Below, in pieces: positions 37,228 to 46,734 of a stretch of 53,188 nt of DNA (positions are counted from its first letter, which is position 1; every line of letters starts with the position of its first letter). Source of the DNA: an uncultured Gammaproteobacteria bacterium (lineage in GTDB: Bacteria > Patescibacteriota > Patescibacteriia > SBBC01 > CAIJZX01); the NCBI GenBank assembly GCA_964518425.1, contig CAZFGG010000006.1, positions 1-53,188 of the forward strand, given 5' to 3'. The notes beneath the pieces were generated by a model. That model searched no databases, was not told the origin of the DNA, and saw only the letters and a list, made by a program, of their open reading frames with translations. Position numbers and translations under genes: made by a program.

Positions 37228-40110
37228 ATGGCCATTCACCTACCCGGCGGGCGCGCGCGCCGACGCCCGACCACGCTTAGTCACTCCCACCCACAGGGGC
37301 GCCGTTTGCCGCTTGGCCGGTTCCCTGGTCGTGGTTGGCGACCCTCACTGACCCTGCGCCGCCGACTGATCCAGGCCGGCTTGGTGTTGGTCGTGCTCGG
37401 CATCCTGACGAGCGTCGCCGCCGTGGCCTGGGTCTCTCAAGACCTGCCCGACCCGAACAAACTGAACACTCGCGTGGTAGCGGAGAGCACGAAAATCTAT
37501 GCCCGCGACGGCACAACGGTTTTGTATGAAATTCACGGGGACCAGCGCCGAACACAGGTGCGGCTATCTGACATTCGGCCCGACACGATTCATGCCGTTT
37601 TGGCAATTGAAGATAAGGATTTTTATAAACATTCGGGTGTGTCTATCCGGGGTATTTTTCGTTCCGTTTGGGTCGACCTGACCCATGGTACGACCGCCCA
37701 GGGTGGCTCGACGATTACCCAGCAGTTGGTGAAAAATTCTATCTTAACGCCTCAAAAAAGTTTTACCCGAAAAGTCAAAGAGGTTATTCTGGCCTATCAA
37801 CTTGAGCAGCGGTTCACGAAAGAGCAAATTCTCAAGCTCTATTTTAACGAAATTCCGTGGGGCTCTAGCGCGTATGGCGTTGAGGCTGCCGCTCAAACAT
37901 ATTTTGGTAAACACGCCAAAGACCTCGACCTGGCCGAGAGCGCCTTGCTGGCGGCCATGGTTCAGCGACCGTCACACTATTCTCCAACCGGCCCCCATCG
38001 CGACGACCTTGTTGCCCGCCAGCGTCTCGTCTTGAATCTAATGGTTGACCAGGGGTACATCACCAGGGCGCAGGCCGCGTCGGCTAAGGATATTGATGTC
38101 CTGAAGCGCATCAGTCCCTCGCGTGACCCGATCATTGCCCCTCATTTTGTTTTCTACGTTCGCGACTTGCTGGTACAGAAATACGGGGACGTCGCTGTTG
38201 AGCGCGGCGGGCTACGAGTCGTCACAACGCTTGACCCAAGGTTGCAAAAAATTGCCGAGGAAGAGGTGGCGGCTGGCGCGGCCAAGAATGAAAAAAAATA
38301 CGGGGCCAATAACGCCGCCCTGGTCGCGACCGACCCGAAGACGGGGCAGGTTTTGGCCATGGTCGGATCGCGTGATTTTTTTGACACCGAGCACGACGGC
38401 AACTTTAATGTAGCCACGGCTGTCCGCAATCCCGGTTCTTCGTTCAAGCCCTTCGTCTACCTAACCGCCTTTACGAAGGGTTACAGTCCCGACACGCTCA
38501 TGTTTGACTTAGTGACCAATTTCGGTCCTGATGGGTCGGGGAAAGATTTCGTTCCAAAAAATTATGACTTCAAAGAACATGGGCCGGTCAAGATGCGCCA
38601 GGCGCTGGCCGGATCGCTGAATATTCCGGCCGTCAAAACTTTGTATTTAGCTGGCATTCCTCAGGTGCTCGACCTGGCCGACCAAGTGGGGTACACCACC
38701 TTCGACCGGTCGCGGGTTGGGTTGGCTTTGGCTATTGGCGGCGGCGGCGTAAAACTTCTTGAACACGTTGGTGCCTTTGGCGTCTTGGCGAACGATGGCC
38801 TGCGCGACCCACTAACGCCCATTCTCCGTATTGAGGATAAAAACGGAAAGGTTCTCGAACAATACAAGAAGGGCGAGGTGCGTGCTGTTGATCAACAAAA
38901 CGTTCGTCAGGTGAACAGCGTCTTAACGGACAACAATTCCCGCGCGTTCGTCTTCGGTTCTCATAGTCCGCTGATCTTGTCTGACCGACCGGTCGCGGCG
39001 AAAACCGGCACCACCAACGACTTTAAAGATGGCTGGACAATGGGCTTCACCCCGTCCTTAGCGGCTGGGGTCTGGGTCGGCAACAATGATAACTCTCCGT
39101 TCAAGCCCGGTTCCGACGGCGTAGTCGTCGCCGCCCCCATCTGGCACAACTTTATGCAGCGCGCCCTCCAAGGAAAGCCGGTTGAGAAGTTTCCAGGCCC
39201 AAAGCCAGCGACGGAATCCAAGCCGGTTCTTCAAGGAAAGCTGCAGGCTGACACGCCGGTCTATATCGATAGCCAGACGGGCCAGAGAATTCCTGATGCC
39301 TGTTTGGCGGCCTGGCCGCCGCAGTTCGTGAAGGCGGTAAAAATAAAAGAGGTCCACGATATCCTTTTCTATCTTGATAAGGATGATCCGAATGGGGCCC
39401 CCCCGAGTAATCCGGGCAGCGACCCAATGTTCTCGCGTTGGGAGGGGCCCGTCCAGGCTTGGGCGAAAAAGAATAACTTCCTCGCGGCTGCCCCACCGTA
39501 TGAAGACTGTTCGTTGCGCGCAAATCCAGCCGGACCCTCGGTCGCGATCAGTAACCCCCTAACGAACAGCACCATCTCAACGGCCACCGTGCCCGTCTCC
39601 GTTTCGGTCTCCTCGCCGGCCGGGGTTGTCTCGGTTCAATACAGTATTGATGGGCAGGTATTAGCAACCGTCCAGGTCGCGCCGTTTGACGCGTTGCTCG
39701 ACGTATCATCAATGAGCAACGGCTTCCATTCGCTCCGAGCGACGGTCACTGACGGGTCTGGGGCTACATCATTCAACGAAATTTCCGTCAACATTCTTTC
39801 CGATAAAACGGCACCGACGGCCTATTTCATTTCGCCCAAATCACGCGCAACGTTCTCACAGTCAAGCTTCCCTCAAGAGGTTCAAGTCTTTGCCTATGAC
39901 CCCGATGGTGTGGCCTCGGTAACCCTGTCGATGAAATCTGCTGATGGAACCTCGACTGTTCTCGACGCGGTCGATCGCCCAGCCGATAACACCGTGTCCT
40001 TGTCGTGGCCAACAACCCCACCCGGCTCATACCAGCTGTACGTCACCGTCAAAAGCAAAAAGGGCCGAATGACCCAAAGCGACTACCTGCCGGTTACGGT
40101 TACGAAATAG
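37228..40110 (+). CDS. Class A penicillin-binding protein with C-terminal Ig-like domains
   Basis: GT51 motifs EDKDFY, GGSTITQQL, RKVKE; transpeptidase motifs SSFK, SLN, KTG; two beta-rich C-terminal modules. Confidence 0.93.
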   Translation: MAIHLPGGRARRRPTTLSHSHPQGRRLPLGRFPGRGWRPSLTLRRRLIQAGLVLVVLGILTSVAAVAWVSQDLPDPNKLNTRVVAESTKIYARDGTTVLYEIHGDQRRTQVRLSDIRPDTIHAVLAIEDKDFYKHSGVSIRGIFRSVWVDLTHGTTAQGGSTITQQLVKNSILTPQKSFTRKVKEVILAYQLEQRFTKEQILKLYFNEIPWGSSAYGVEAAAQTYFGKHAKDLDLAESALLAAMVQRPSHYSPTGPHRDDLVARQRLVLNLMVDQGYITRAQAASAKDIDVLKRISPSRDPIIAPHFVFYVRDLLVQKYGDVAVERGGLRVVTTLDPRLQKIAEEEVAAGAAKNEKKYGANNAALVATDPKTGQVLAMVGSRDFFDTEHDGNFNVATAVRNPGSSFKPFVYLTAFTKGYSPDTLMFDLVTNFGPDGSGKDFVPKNYDFKEHGPVKMRQALAGSLNIPAVKTLYLAGIPQVLDLADQVGYTTFDRSRVGLALAIGGGGVKLLEHVGAFGVLANDGLRDPLTPILRIEDKNGKVLEQYKKGEVRAVDQQNVRQVNSVLTDNNSRAFVFGSHSPLILSDRPVAAKTGTTNDFKDGWTMGFTPSLAAGVWVGNNDNSPFKPGSDGVVVAAPIWHNFMQRALQGKPVEKFPGPKPATESKPVLQGKLQADTPVYIDSQTGQRIPDACLAAWPPQFVKAVKIKEVHDILFYLDKDDPNGAPPSNPGSDPMFSRWEGPVQAWAKKNNFLAAAPPYEDCSLRANPAGPSVAISNPLTNSTISTATVPVSVSVSSPAGVVSVQYSIDGQVLATVQVAPFDALLDVSSMSNGFHSLRATVTDGSGATSFNEISVNILSDKTAPTAYFISPKSRATFSQSSFPQEVQVFAYDPDGVASVTLSMKSADGTSTVLDAVDRPADNTVSLSWPTTPPGSYQLYVTVKSKKGRMTQSDYLPVTVTK

Positions 40111-40408
40111 GGCCGACCCGGGTGTGAATACTTGAGACCGGGACGCGATTCGTCGGGAACCGGTCGGCGAGCCGGCGATTAATCGATACAAGGAGATCGT
40201 GTTCGTGAAGATGAATCTCTCCGGCAACCGCGCTGTGTCCAACAACAATCATGACCGCGCCGCGGGAGAAGGTTTTTGCTTGAGCGTCGTTGGCGACCCA
40301 GCGCTGCTGAAGAGCGTCGTTGGCGACAGCGACGACGGCCGAGGCCAGGAGTTCGTTGCCCCCGTCTTGGCGCAGCCGCCCAGCAAAGAGCTCTTGGAGC
40401 GACCTCAT
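40100..40408 (-). CDS. DciA/DUF721-like protein
   Basis: 102 aa directly after dnaN; V.HSAVAGEIHLHEHDLL..IN pattern fits a DUF721 fold. Confidence 0.6.
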   Translation of the reverse strand: MRSLQELFAGRLRQDGGNELLASAVVAVANDALQQRWVANDAQAKTFSRGAVMIVVGHSAVAGEIHLHEHDLLVSINRRLADRFPTNRVPVSSIHTRVGPIS

Positions 40409-40409
40409 C

Positions 40410-41513
40410 TTACTGGCGAATCGGCATAATCAGATAGAGACCGCTGGTTTGTTGTGGGCTTCGGATGACCGCCGGAGCCTGCGGGTTTGAGAGCTCCAGC
40501 TGAACCTCGTCGCCAGACATCGTAGCGACGCCGTCGGTTAAGTATCGGTGATTGAAGACAATCTCAATCGGCTGTCCCTCAATTTTTGCTTCGATCTCGG
40601 CCCGGTGTTCGCCGAGCTGGGTGTTGGCGGCGGCTAGAGTGATATGCCCTTTGTCCGTGTCGACGGAAAGCGTCACGTCGTTGATCCCGGGCTTACAAAA
40701 AAGACTGGCGGCCCGAATATTCGCCGCCAACTCTTCACGAGAAATGAGCACCTTGGTCTGCCAGTCGCTCGGAACGATTTGTTGGTAGTCTGGGTATTGC
40801 CCGTCAATGATTCTTGACACGAGCTCCGCTTCGGGGAGAACACAGCGAACGTGGTTATCACCAATTTCTATTTTTACCTCATCGTCGCTTTTTGGGAGGA
40901 GGCGCAAGAGTTCGTGGGCGGTTCGGCTTGGCAAGATTGCCTTGACCGCCTTGGTGGCCGGCGTCGTGAGTTGGGCCGTGCGTTCTGATAGCCGGTAGCT
41001 GTCCGTTGCGACGAGGGTGAGCTTCTTTCCGTCGGCTTGGCAGTAGAGGCCCGAAATCTCCGGCCGGGACTCGTCGTTCGCGGCAGCGAAAACTGTTTCG
41101 CTGATAAGCTGATGTAGGACCGCTGCAGGAAGGCCGACCGCGGTTGCTTCTTGCGGTTGTGGAAGAACGGGGAAATCGTCGGCTGGCGCGCCATGAATGG
41201 TTGTTTTTGAATGTCCCGATGTAAGTTGAACGCCGGTTCCGATCAGCTCGAGGGTGACATTTTCATGACCAAGGAGCGTGATGAAGTCGCTAATAACCCG
41301 ACTGGGGACGGTATATTTTCCTTCCGCTTCAACCTTGGCGCGCATGTTCACGGTCACTGCCACCTCGAGGTTGGTGGTTTGAAATCGCACACCGCCCCGT
41401 TCAGCGGTGATGAGTACATTATGTAAAATGGGTAGGGCCACGTTCTTGCTGGCCACTCGACTAACGAGACCCAGGGCCTGTGCCAAGTTCTCTTGTGTAC
41501 ATGTGAATTTCAT
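40410..41513 (-). CDS. dnaN: DNA polymerase III beta clamp
   Basis: LPIL, TNLE, SRP, VATDSYRL, GQYPDY, FNHRY, LIMPIR. Confidence 0.97.
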   Translation of the reverse strand: MKFTCTQENLAQALGLVSRVASKNVALPILHNVLITAERGGVRFQTTNLEVAVTVNMRAKVEAEGKYTVPSRVISDFITLLGHENVTLELIGTGVQLTSGHSKTTIHGAPADDFPVLPQPQEATAVGLPAAVLHQLISETVFAAANDESRPEISGLYCQADGKKLTLVATDSYRLSERTAQLTTPATKAVKAILPSRTAHELLRLLPKSDDEVKIEIGDNHVRCVLPEAELVSRIIDGQYPDYQQIVPSDWQTKVLISREELAANIRAASLFCKPGINDVTLSVDTDKGHITLAAANTQLGEHRAEIEAKIEGQPIEIVFNHRYLTDGVATMSGDEVQLELSNPQAPAVIRSPQQTSGLYLIMPIRQ

Positions 41514-41796
41514 ATGGTTGTATAGACTGATGGGAGTAGTAAGGAGGTGGACAGCCGGGATAACTCGATCGGCTTGCGCGTCACGGCACAGGAGCTGAGG
41601 AATTTATTATATTTCCGTCAAAGACTGATGCCGGCAAAGCCCACAGGCGCAGAGGACAACTTGTGACCGACAGTGGAAAGAATTTTGTCCGACCACCAAG
41701 GGGTCGCGATCACCCACAGAAGACCCCCAGCGCCGCAGGCAACCACCCACCGTGAACCCAAGGGCTACCCACAGGAATCCACCGCGCTACCCACAA
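41514..41796. other. Probable oriC (dnaA-dnaN intergenic region)
   Basis: Position; several CCACA-core box variants; tandem boxes TTATCCCGG and CTGTCCACC (minus strand, 41563-41546) followed by TTACTACT; AT-rich patch at 41601-41614. Confidence 0.75.
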
Positions 41797-43143
41797 CTAC
41801 GAACCGTACAATCGCTGCTTGATGAGCTCGATGTCTTGCTTCAACTTGTCGTTCTTTGGTAAAGAGTCGGTGATTTTGGTTACCGCATGCATGGCGGTAG
41901 TGTGGTCGCGGTCCCCCAACTCATGACCAATGGCCGGAAAAGAAGAGTGAAGCTCTTCTCGAAGCAAAAACATGGCCACTTGGCGCGGCCCGACCAACTC
42001 CTTCTTACGGCTGGCCCCAGATAAATCATCAACAGCCACATCAAAAAACTGGGCGACGGTCGAAACCACCTGTTTTGGGGTTACTCCGCCACGCCGCTGA
42101 CCCTGCACGAGGGTGCCAAGGATTGAGCGGACGCTCTCGAGTGTCGGCTCGGTGTGATTAAGATTATGGAAAGCAACAATCCGATTGAGCGCACCCTCGA
42201 GCTCACGAACATTGCTCTGGACGGCGGTGGCTACAAAATGAATAACATCTAGGGGGATGGTATACCCACGCTCACGACATTTTGCTTCAAGAATAGCAAC
42301 CCGCGTCTCTTGGTCGGGCAGGGCAATATCAGCGATCATGCCCCACTCAAACCGGGACACCAGCCGGGCCTCGAGAGCCGGAATAGACTTCGGCGGCCGA
42401 TCTGAGGTGACCACGATTTGTTTATTGGCCTGATGAAGGGCATTAAACGTATGGAAAAATTCTTCCTGAGTACCCTCCTTGCCGGACAAAAACTGAATAT
42501 CATCAATCAGCAGGGCATCGACGCCTCGGTAGAAGTTTTTAAACTTTTCGGCGCCACCCCGCGAAATGGCCTGGATGAATTCATTGGTGAATTTCTCGGA
42601 CGAGGCGTAGACGACCCGCTTCTTTTTGTCGCGGGCTAAGATTTCATTCCCGATGGCCTGCATGAGGTGGGTCTTACCTAATCCAACGCCCCCATAAATA
42701 AACAGCGGGTTGTAAACCAGTCCCGGCTTGTCGGCCACCGCGCGCGCGGCCGCTCGAGCCAACTCGTTTCCTTTACCGACCACAAAAAACTCGAAAGAAT
42801 AACGCACATCCAAACCGTTTGTTGAGGGGGCCGAAGAGGGGGCCGGTGTTGGTGCCGGAGCTTCTGTTATCGCAACCGCGGTGGGTGTCTGATGATGGGT
42901 TTCGACACGATATTCGACGCCAGCAATTGGCTCGGGCGAGGAATTTTGGAGCGCCTTGAGAATGGCGGGGTTATACTTTGTTTCCAGCCAGGCCTTCGTG
43001 AATCCATTAGGAACACCAACAATAACCCGACCGCCCTCAACCCCGGCCACAAAGGTGTGTTTGAACCATGTCGTGAAATTCGCCTTACTAATCAAAAGCT
43101 CAAGCTCGCCTAGCGCAGCTTGCCACAATTGATCATTCGTCAT
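41797..43143 (-). CDS. dnaA: Chromosomal replication initiator DnaA
   Basis: YNPLFIYGGVGLGKTHL, LIDDIQF, EEFFHTFN, SRFEWG, NVRELEGA, RDHTT; start at ATG 43143. Confidence 0.98.
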   Translation of the reverse strand: MTNDQLWQAALGELELLISKANFTTWFKHTFVAGVEGGRVIVGVPNGFTKAWLETKYNPAILKALQNSSPEPIAGVEYRVETHHQTPTAVAITEAPAPTPAPSSAPSTNGLDVRYSFEFFVVGKGNELARAAARAVADKPGLVYNPLFIYGGVGLGKTHLMQAIGNEILARDKKKRVVYASSEKFTNEFIQAISRGGAEKFKNFYRGVDALLIDDIQFLSGKEGTQEEFFHTFNALHQANKQIVVTSDRPPKSIPALEARLVSRFEWGMIADIALPDQETRVAILEAKCRERGYTIPLDVIHFVATAVQSNVRELEGALNRIVAFHNLNHTEPTLESVRSILGTLVQGQRRGGVTPKQVVSTVAQFFDVAVDDLSGASRKKELVGPRQVAMFLLREELHSSFPAIGHELGDRDHTTAMHAVTKITDSLPKNDKLKQDIELIKQRLYGS

Positions 43144-43260
43144 AACGAGGCAAAATATCCCACAAGAAACCAATAATAGCACAATCCACACCCCCCAAAA
43201 ACAGCCAAAGTTAGCCAAAAAGTGTAAATCCTGTGGAATTACTGTGGATTGAAGATAATT
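43144..43260. promoter_or_regulatory. dnaA upstream region with DnaA-box-like motifs
   Basis: ATCCCACA and CAATCCACA on the plus strand; TGTGGAATT and TGTGGATTG are box-like on the minus strand. Confidence 0.55.
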
Positions 43261-43274
43261 GTAAAAAGAACCGA

Positions 43275-43303
43275 TTGACCTGCGTCCCCCGCCCTGGTAC
43301 ACT
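43275..43303 (+). promoter_or_regulatory. rpmH promoter
   Basis: TTGACC-N17-TACACT with an extended TG. Confidence 0.75.
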
Positions 43304-43318
43304 TGTCGGGATTTTTCT

Positions 43319-43456
43319 ATGCCCAAGAGAACCTACCAACCAAAGAAGCGCCGGCGAAGCCGAGTCCACGGTTTTCGTCGACGCCAGAGCAAACCAACTG
43401 GCCGCCGCGTTCTGAAGAAACGACGAGCGAAGGGCCGGCATCGTTTGACGATCTAG
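43319..43456 (+). CDS. rpmH: 50S ribosomal protein L34 (absent from the ORF track)
   Basis: Hand translation [45 protein letters not shown]. Confidence 0.97.
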   Translation: MPKRTYQPKKRRRSRVHGFRRRQSKPTGRRVLKKRRAKGRHRLTI

Positions 43457-43457
43457 C

Positions 43458-43817
43458 GTGCTCAAGCGCTCCCGCCGCCTTCGGACGGACCGCGACTACA
43501 GCGCGCTTTTCCGCCGGGCACGCCAGCTTCGGGGCCGAACGCTTGTTCTGCGGGTCGGAGCCGGGCAGCGCCCAAACGACCGCTTCGGCTTCGTCGTTAG
43601 TCAAAAAGTTGCCAAGCGCGCGACGGTTCGTAACCGGATTAAGCGGCGGCTCCGCTTTGCCACCCGCGAACTGGACCTCCCCGCACACCAGCCCATCGAC
43701 GTCGCCGTCATCGCTCAACCCTCAAGCATCGACGCAACCTACCAACAACTTCGCCAAGAACTTCACGAACTCGTCACCGCTAGCCTGCATGCGCCAATTC
43801 GCCGCCGCCCTCATTAA
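43458..43817 (+). CDS. rnpA: Ribonuclease P protein component
   Basis: RFGFVVSQKV and ATVRNRIKRRLR (RNR motif); follows rpmH. Confidence 0.95.
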   Translation: MLKRSRRLRTDRDYSALFRRARQLRGRTLVLRVGAGQRPNDRFGFVVSQKVAKRATVRNRIKRRLRFATRELDLPAHQPIDVAVIAQPSSIDATYQQLRQELHELVTASLHAPIRRRPH

Positions 43818-44031
43818 TCTCTACCAACAAACGCTCTCCCCCGACCACGGGTGGCGCCGGGCCCAATATCCCTATGGGCACTGTCGTTTTTATCCCACCT
43901 GTTCGGAATACACCAAACAAGCAATCCTGACCCACGGGATCGGCCGCGGAAGCTGGTTGGGTATCCGCCGCATCCTCCGCTGCCACCCCTGGAGCGCCGG
44001 TGGTATTGATCATATCCCAGCCCAATCATGA
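43789..44031 (+). CDS. yidD: Membrane protein insertion efficiency factor
   Basis: YQ..LSP, CRFYPTCSEY, RILRCHPW..GG.D; start at ATG 43789. Confidence 0.95.
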   Translation: MRQFAAALINLYQQTLSPDHGWRRAQYPYGHCRFYPTCSEYTKQAILTHGIGRGSWLGIRRILRCHPWSAGGIDHIPAQS

Positions 44032-44813
44032 ACTGGTTCGACGTCGCCATCTACCAGCCGATTCTCAACGCGCTCTTGTATTTACAGCGGACGCTGCCCG
44101 GCCACGACATGGGCCTGGCGATTGTTTTGCTGACCCTCGTCATTAAGGGAATTTTCTATCTGCCGTCGTTGTCAGCAATCCGGTCATCGCGACAACTGCA
44201 AACACTGCAACCGAAATTGCGGGCCCTCCAAGAGCAATATAAAAACGATCGCGAAGGACTTGCTCGCGAACAAATGAAGCTCTACAAAGACAGCAAGGTC
44301 AACCCGCTCTCTTCGTGTCTGCCGGTCATCATTCAGTTGCCCGTTCTGTATGGCCTCTACCGAGTCTTCTTCAATGGCCTTCACCTTGATCAGCACGGCC
44401 ACCTCATTGCCAGTCAACTCAAGCACGTCTATCCGGCGCTACGGGCGTACTATGAAACCACCCCGCTGCACACCACTACCCTCGGATGGATCGACTTAGC
44501 CAAAGCGCACAACATCATTTTAGCTGTCCTGGCCGCGGCCAGCCAGTTCTGGCAAACCAAGATGTTGGCTGCACCGAAAGAACCAAAGACCCCCGAAGCG
44601 AAGGACGAGGCCATGACGAGCGCCATTAACAAGCAGGCCACCTATCTCTTCCCGCTCTTAACGCTGTACATCGCCTATCGTTTTGCCGCCGGCCTGGCGC
44701 TGTATTGGCTAACCTCTACGGCCTTCACCGTCGTCCAGCAATACATTTTCCTTCGACGACACCCGCTCCAGCCGCCCGCGACAAAACCCGCGCTACCCGA
44801 TGGACGCCCATAG
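44028..44813 (+). CDS. yidC: YidC/Oxa1 membrane insertase (short form)
   Basis: GLAIVLLT, LQPKL, NPLSSCLP..IQLP, GLALYW. Confidence 0.95.
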   Translation: MNWFDVAIYQPILNALLYLQRTLPGHDMGLAIVLLTLVIKGIFYLPSLSAIRSSRQLQTLQPKLRALQEQYKNDREGLAREQMKLYKDSKVNPLSSCLPVIIQLPVLYGLYRVFFNGLHLDQHGHLIASQLKHVYPALRAYYETTPLHTTTLGWIDLAKAHNIILAVLAAASQFWQTKMLAAPKEPKTPEAKDEAMTSAINKQATYLFPLLTLYIAYRFAAGLALYWLTSTAFTVVQQYIFLRRHPLQPPATKPALPDGRP

Positions 44814-45066
44814 CCCACTTCGACTGCCCGTCCGGACCGCCGCCGGCCAAAAACTTGGCCACGTTGTTGATGTCACCATTGACCCACAAACACAGTCCAT
44901 CGTGGCCTATCACGTTAAACCAAGCCGGCTGGTGCCTGACATGGTCCAATCGCCGCTCCTCATCCACCACAGTCAGGTGATCTCCATCACCGAACAAGAA
45001 ATTGTGGTTGATGATGCGCTGAGCAAACAGCGGGGCACCGCGCCCGCACCCCTACCGACGGCCTAG
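44800..45066 (+). CDS. PRC-barrel domain protein
   Basis: LPVRTAAGQKLGHVVDVTID...I....V.SI....IVV pattern. Confidence 0.75.
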   Translation: MDAHSPLRLPVRTAAGQKLGHVVDVTIDPQTQSIVAYHVKPSRLVPDMVQSPLLIHHSQVISITEQEIVVDDALSKQRGTAPAPLPTA

Positions 45067-45528
45067 GCGTAGCGAAATTCGCCGCCCCCGTCGAAGGTGG
45101 CGGAGCCTTATCGACCAATGGTTTCCCCAAGAAACACCAACGAGCCGCTCAGGCCACTCAACGAACAGCAGCGTCTGCGGATCGGCCTTTAGTTCGGATA
45201 TGTCTAGGGCCGCAATTTCGCTTTGGTGGTTGATCCGATACGCGTCAATGTGAACCGCTGTTCGCCAGGGGCCCCGACGCGGCGAATACCTTTTTGCCAA
45301 TGTAAATGTTGGGCTGGTGACCGGAAGGGCCACCCCCAACGACCGAAGCGCCGCCCGAACGATGGTTGTTTTCCCTGAACCGAGAGGTCCCCGAAGGAGC
45401 CAGATGTGTGGCGCGGCCGGGTCGCTCACCAGGCGATTCGCCAACGTGCGCGTCGCAGCCGGCGAAGGCAAAACCATTGACAGGCCGGCCCCAGTTCGAT
45501 ACACTGTCCTATTCTTCTTTTTTACCAT
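45052..45528 (-). CDS. tsaE: tRNA t6A biosynthesis ATPase TsaE
   Basis: GPLGSGKTT, VTSPTF, HIDAYR, VEWPE; start at 45528 or 45477. Confidence 0.92.
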   Translation of the reverse strand: MVKKKNRTVYRTGAGLSMVLPSPAATRTLANRLVSDPAAPHIWLLRGPLGSGKTTIVRAALRSLGVALPVTSPTFTLAKRYSPRRGPWRTAVHIDAYRINHQSEIAALDISELKADPQTLLFVEWPERLVGVSWGNHWSIRLRHLRRGRRISLRLGRR

Positions 45529-45562
45529 GGACGGCTTCGTCGCCGGCCTGCGCTGATCAGAC

Positions 45563-46696
45563 ATGGACCCCATTGTAGCACCACTTCAATCAGCCGCCGA
45601 GATTTTGCGCGACAGCCGTCGTCCCTTGCTTCTCATTCCTGAAGATCCGACGACTGACGTCTTGGCGGCGGCCCTGGGGTTAGCGACCGCGCTGCGAGTT
45701 CAGCGACCGGAAATATCTATCGTCTCACCGAACTTCTCGGCCCACCAGCCACCAGAAGGATTATCCGACCTCCATCGTATTGTTGGTACCCTGCCCAACC
45801 TACGAGATTTTCTGGTCACCATAAATACCAATCGGACAAAACTCGACAGTATCCGTTACGAGGTCCTGGCCCAATCGGTTCAAATACACCTGACACCAAA
45901 AACAGGGCTTTTCGAAGCCCGCGACATCTCTACGTCGACCACGCCATTTTTCTTTGATCGGATCGTGACCATCGGCCTCCGCCGACTTGAAGACCTGGGA
46001 GAGATCTACCAGGGTCAGCGAGATTTTTTCTACCACACCCCCATTGTGAACATTGACGATCAAGCCGACAATGGCCGCTTTGGCCACGTGAACCTCGTTG
46101 ATGTCACGGCGGTGAGCCGTTCCGAAATTGTGGCCGACCTCACCCACCAACTTTTTCCGGACGCGCTGACCGAACCATTGGCCACGACCCTCTTGACGGG
46201 CATTATTGCCGCCACCAAGGGCTTTCAGAGTCAGCTCATCACCCCACACACCCTAACGACCGCGGCTCGATTGATGGCGGCCGGCGCCAAGCGGGACGAC
46301 ATCATTCGCCGACTCTATCATACCAAGACCGTACCGATCCTCCGCTTATGGGGCCGGGCGCTGACGAATCTGCAGTCAGCCAGCCACGATCGTCTCGTCT
46401 GGACGGCTGTTTCCAAAACAGACCTTGAGAACCAACAGGCTCAAGCGAGTGACGTCGTCGGCATGGCCGACGAGCTTTTGGCCACCACCCCCAATGCTAT
46501 TTTTGCGGTGGCTCTCGTTGAAACACCCCCCAATGTTCAGGTAGTCGTCATTTGTCGTGCCGGCTCGGCGCCGACGGGCCTACCGCCCGAACTCCATTCC
46601 GGCGATGGACAAAAATTCGTCGGTCAGGTGGGTGGGTCGCTCGCCTCGGTAGAAAAACAAATCATCGGAACGCTCCGAACCGCCCTCGGGGAGTAG
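45563..46696 (+). CDS. DHH/NrnA-like protein with degenerate catalytic motifs
   Basis: Scaffold motifs P..D..AA, IVNID, N..FG..NLV, SE, LLTGII..T.GF, LWGRAL; DHH replaced by DDQ. Confidence 0.8.
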   Translation: MDPIVAPLQSAAEILRDSRRPLLLIPEDPTTDVLAAALGLATALRVQRPEISIVSPNFSAHQPPEGLSDLHRIVGTLPNLRDFLVTINTNRTKLDSIRYEVLAQSVQIHLTPKTGLFEARDISTSTTPFFFDRIVTIGLRRLEDLGEIYQGQRDFFYHTPIVNIDDQADNGRFGHVNLVDVTAVSRSEIVADLTHQLFPDALTEPLATTLLTGIIAATKGFQSQLITPHTLTTAARLMAAGAKRDDIIRRLYHTKTVPILRLWGRALTNLQSASHDRLVWTAVSKTDLENQQAQASDVVGMADELLATTPNAIFAVALVETPPNVQVVVICRAGSAPTGLPPELHSGDGQKFVGQVGGSLASVEKQIIGTLRTALGE

Positions 46697-46697
46697 G

Positions 46698-46720
46698 GCC
46701 GCCCAAGTCGGGCGGTTTTT
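46698..46720 (+). terminator. Intrinsic terminator overlapping the pilB promoter region
   Basis: GCCGCCC-AAGTC-GGGCGGT-TTTT. Confidence 0.7.
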
Positions 46721-46734
46721 GCTATACTTCATCT

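Noticed and set aside
43144-43326. 61-aa N-terminal extension of DnaA
   Set aside because: It covers the divergent promoters and DnaA-box-like motifs; the conserved domain I starts at MTNDQLW.
43303-43788. Long N-terminal extension of YidD (242-aa ORF)
   Set aside because: Out-of-frame read-through over rpmH and rnpA; YidD homology starts at ATG 43789.
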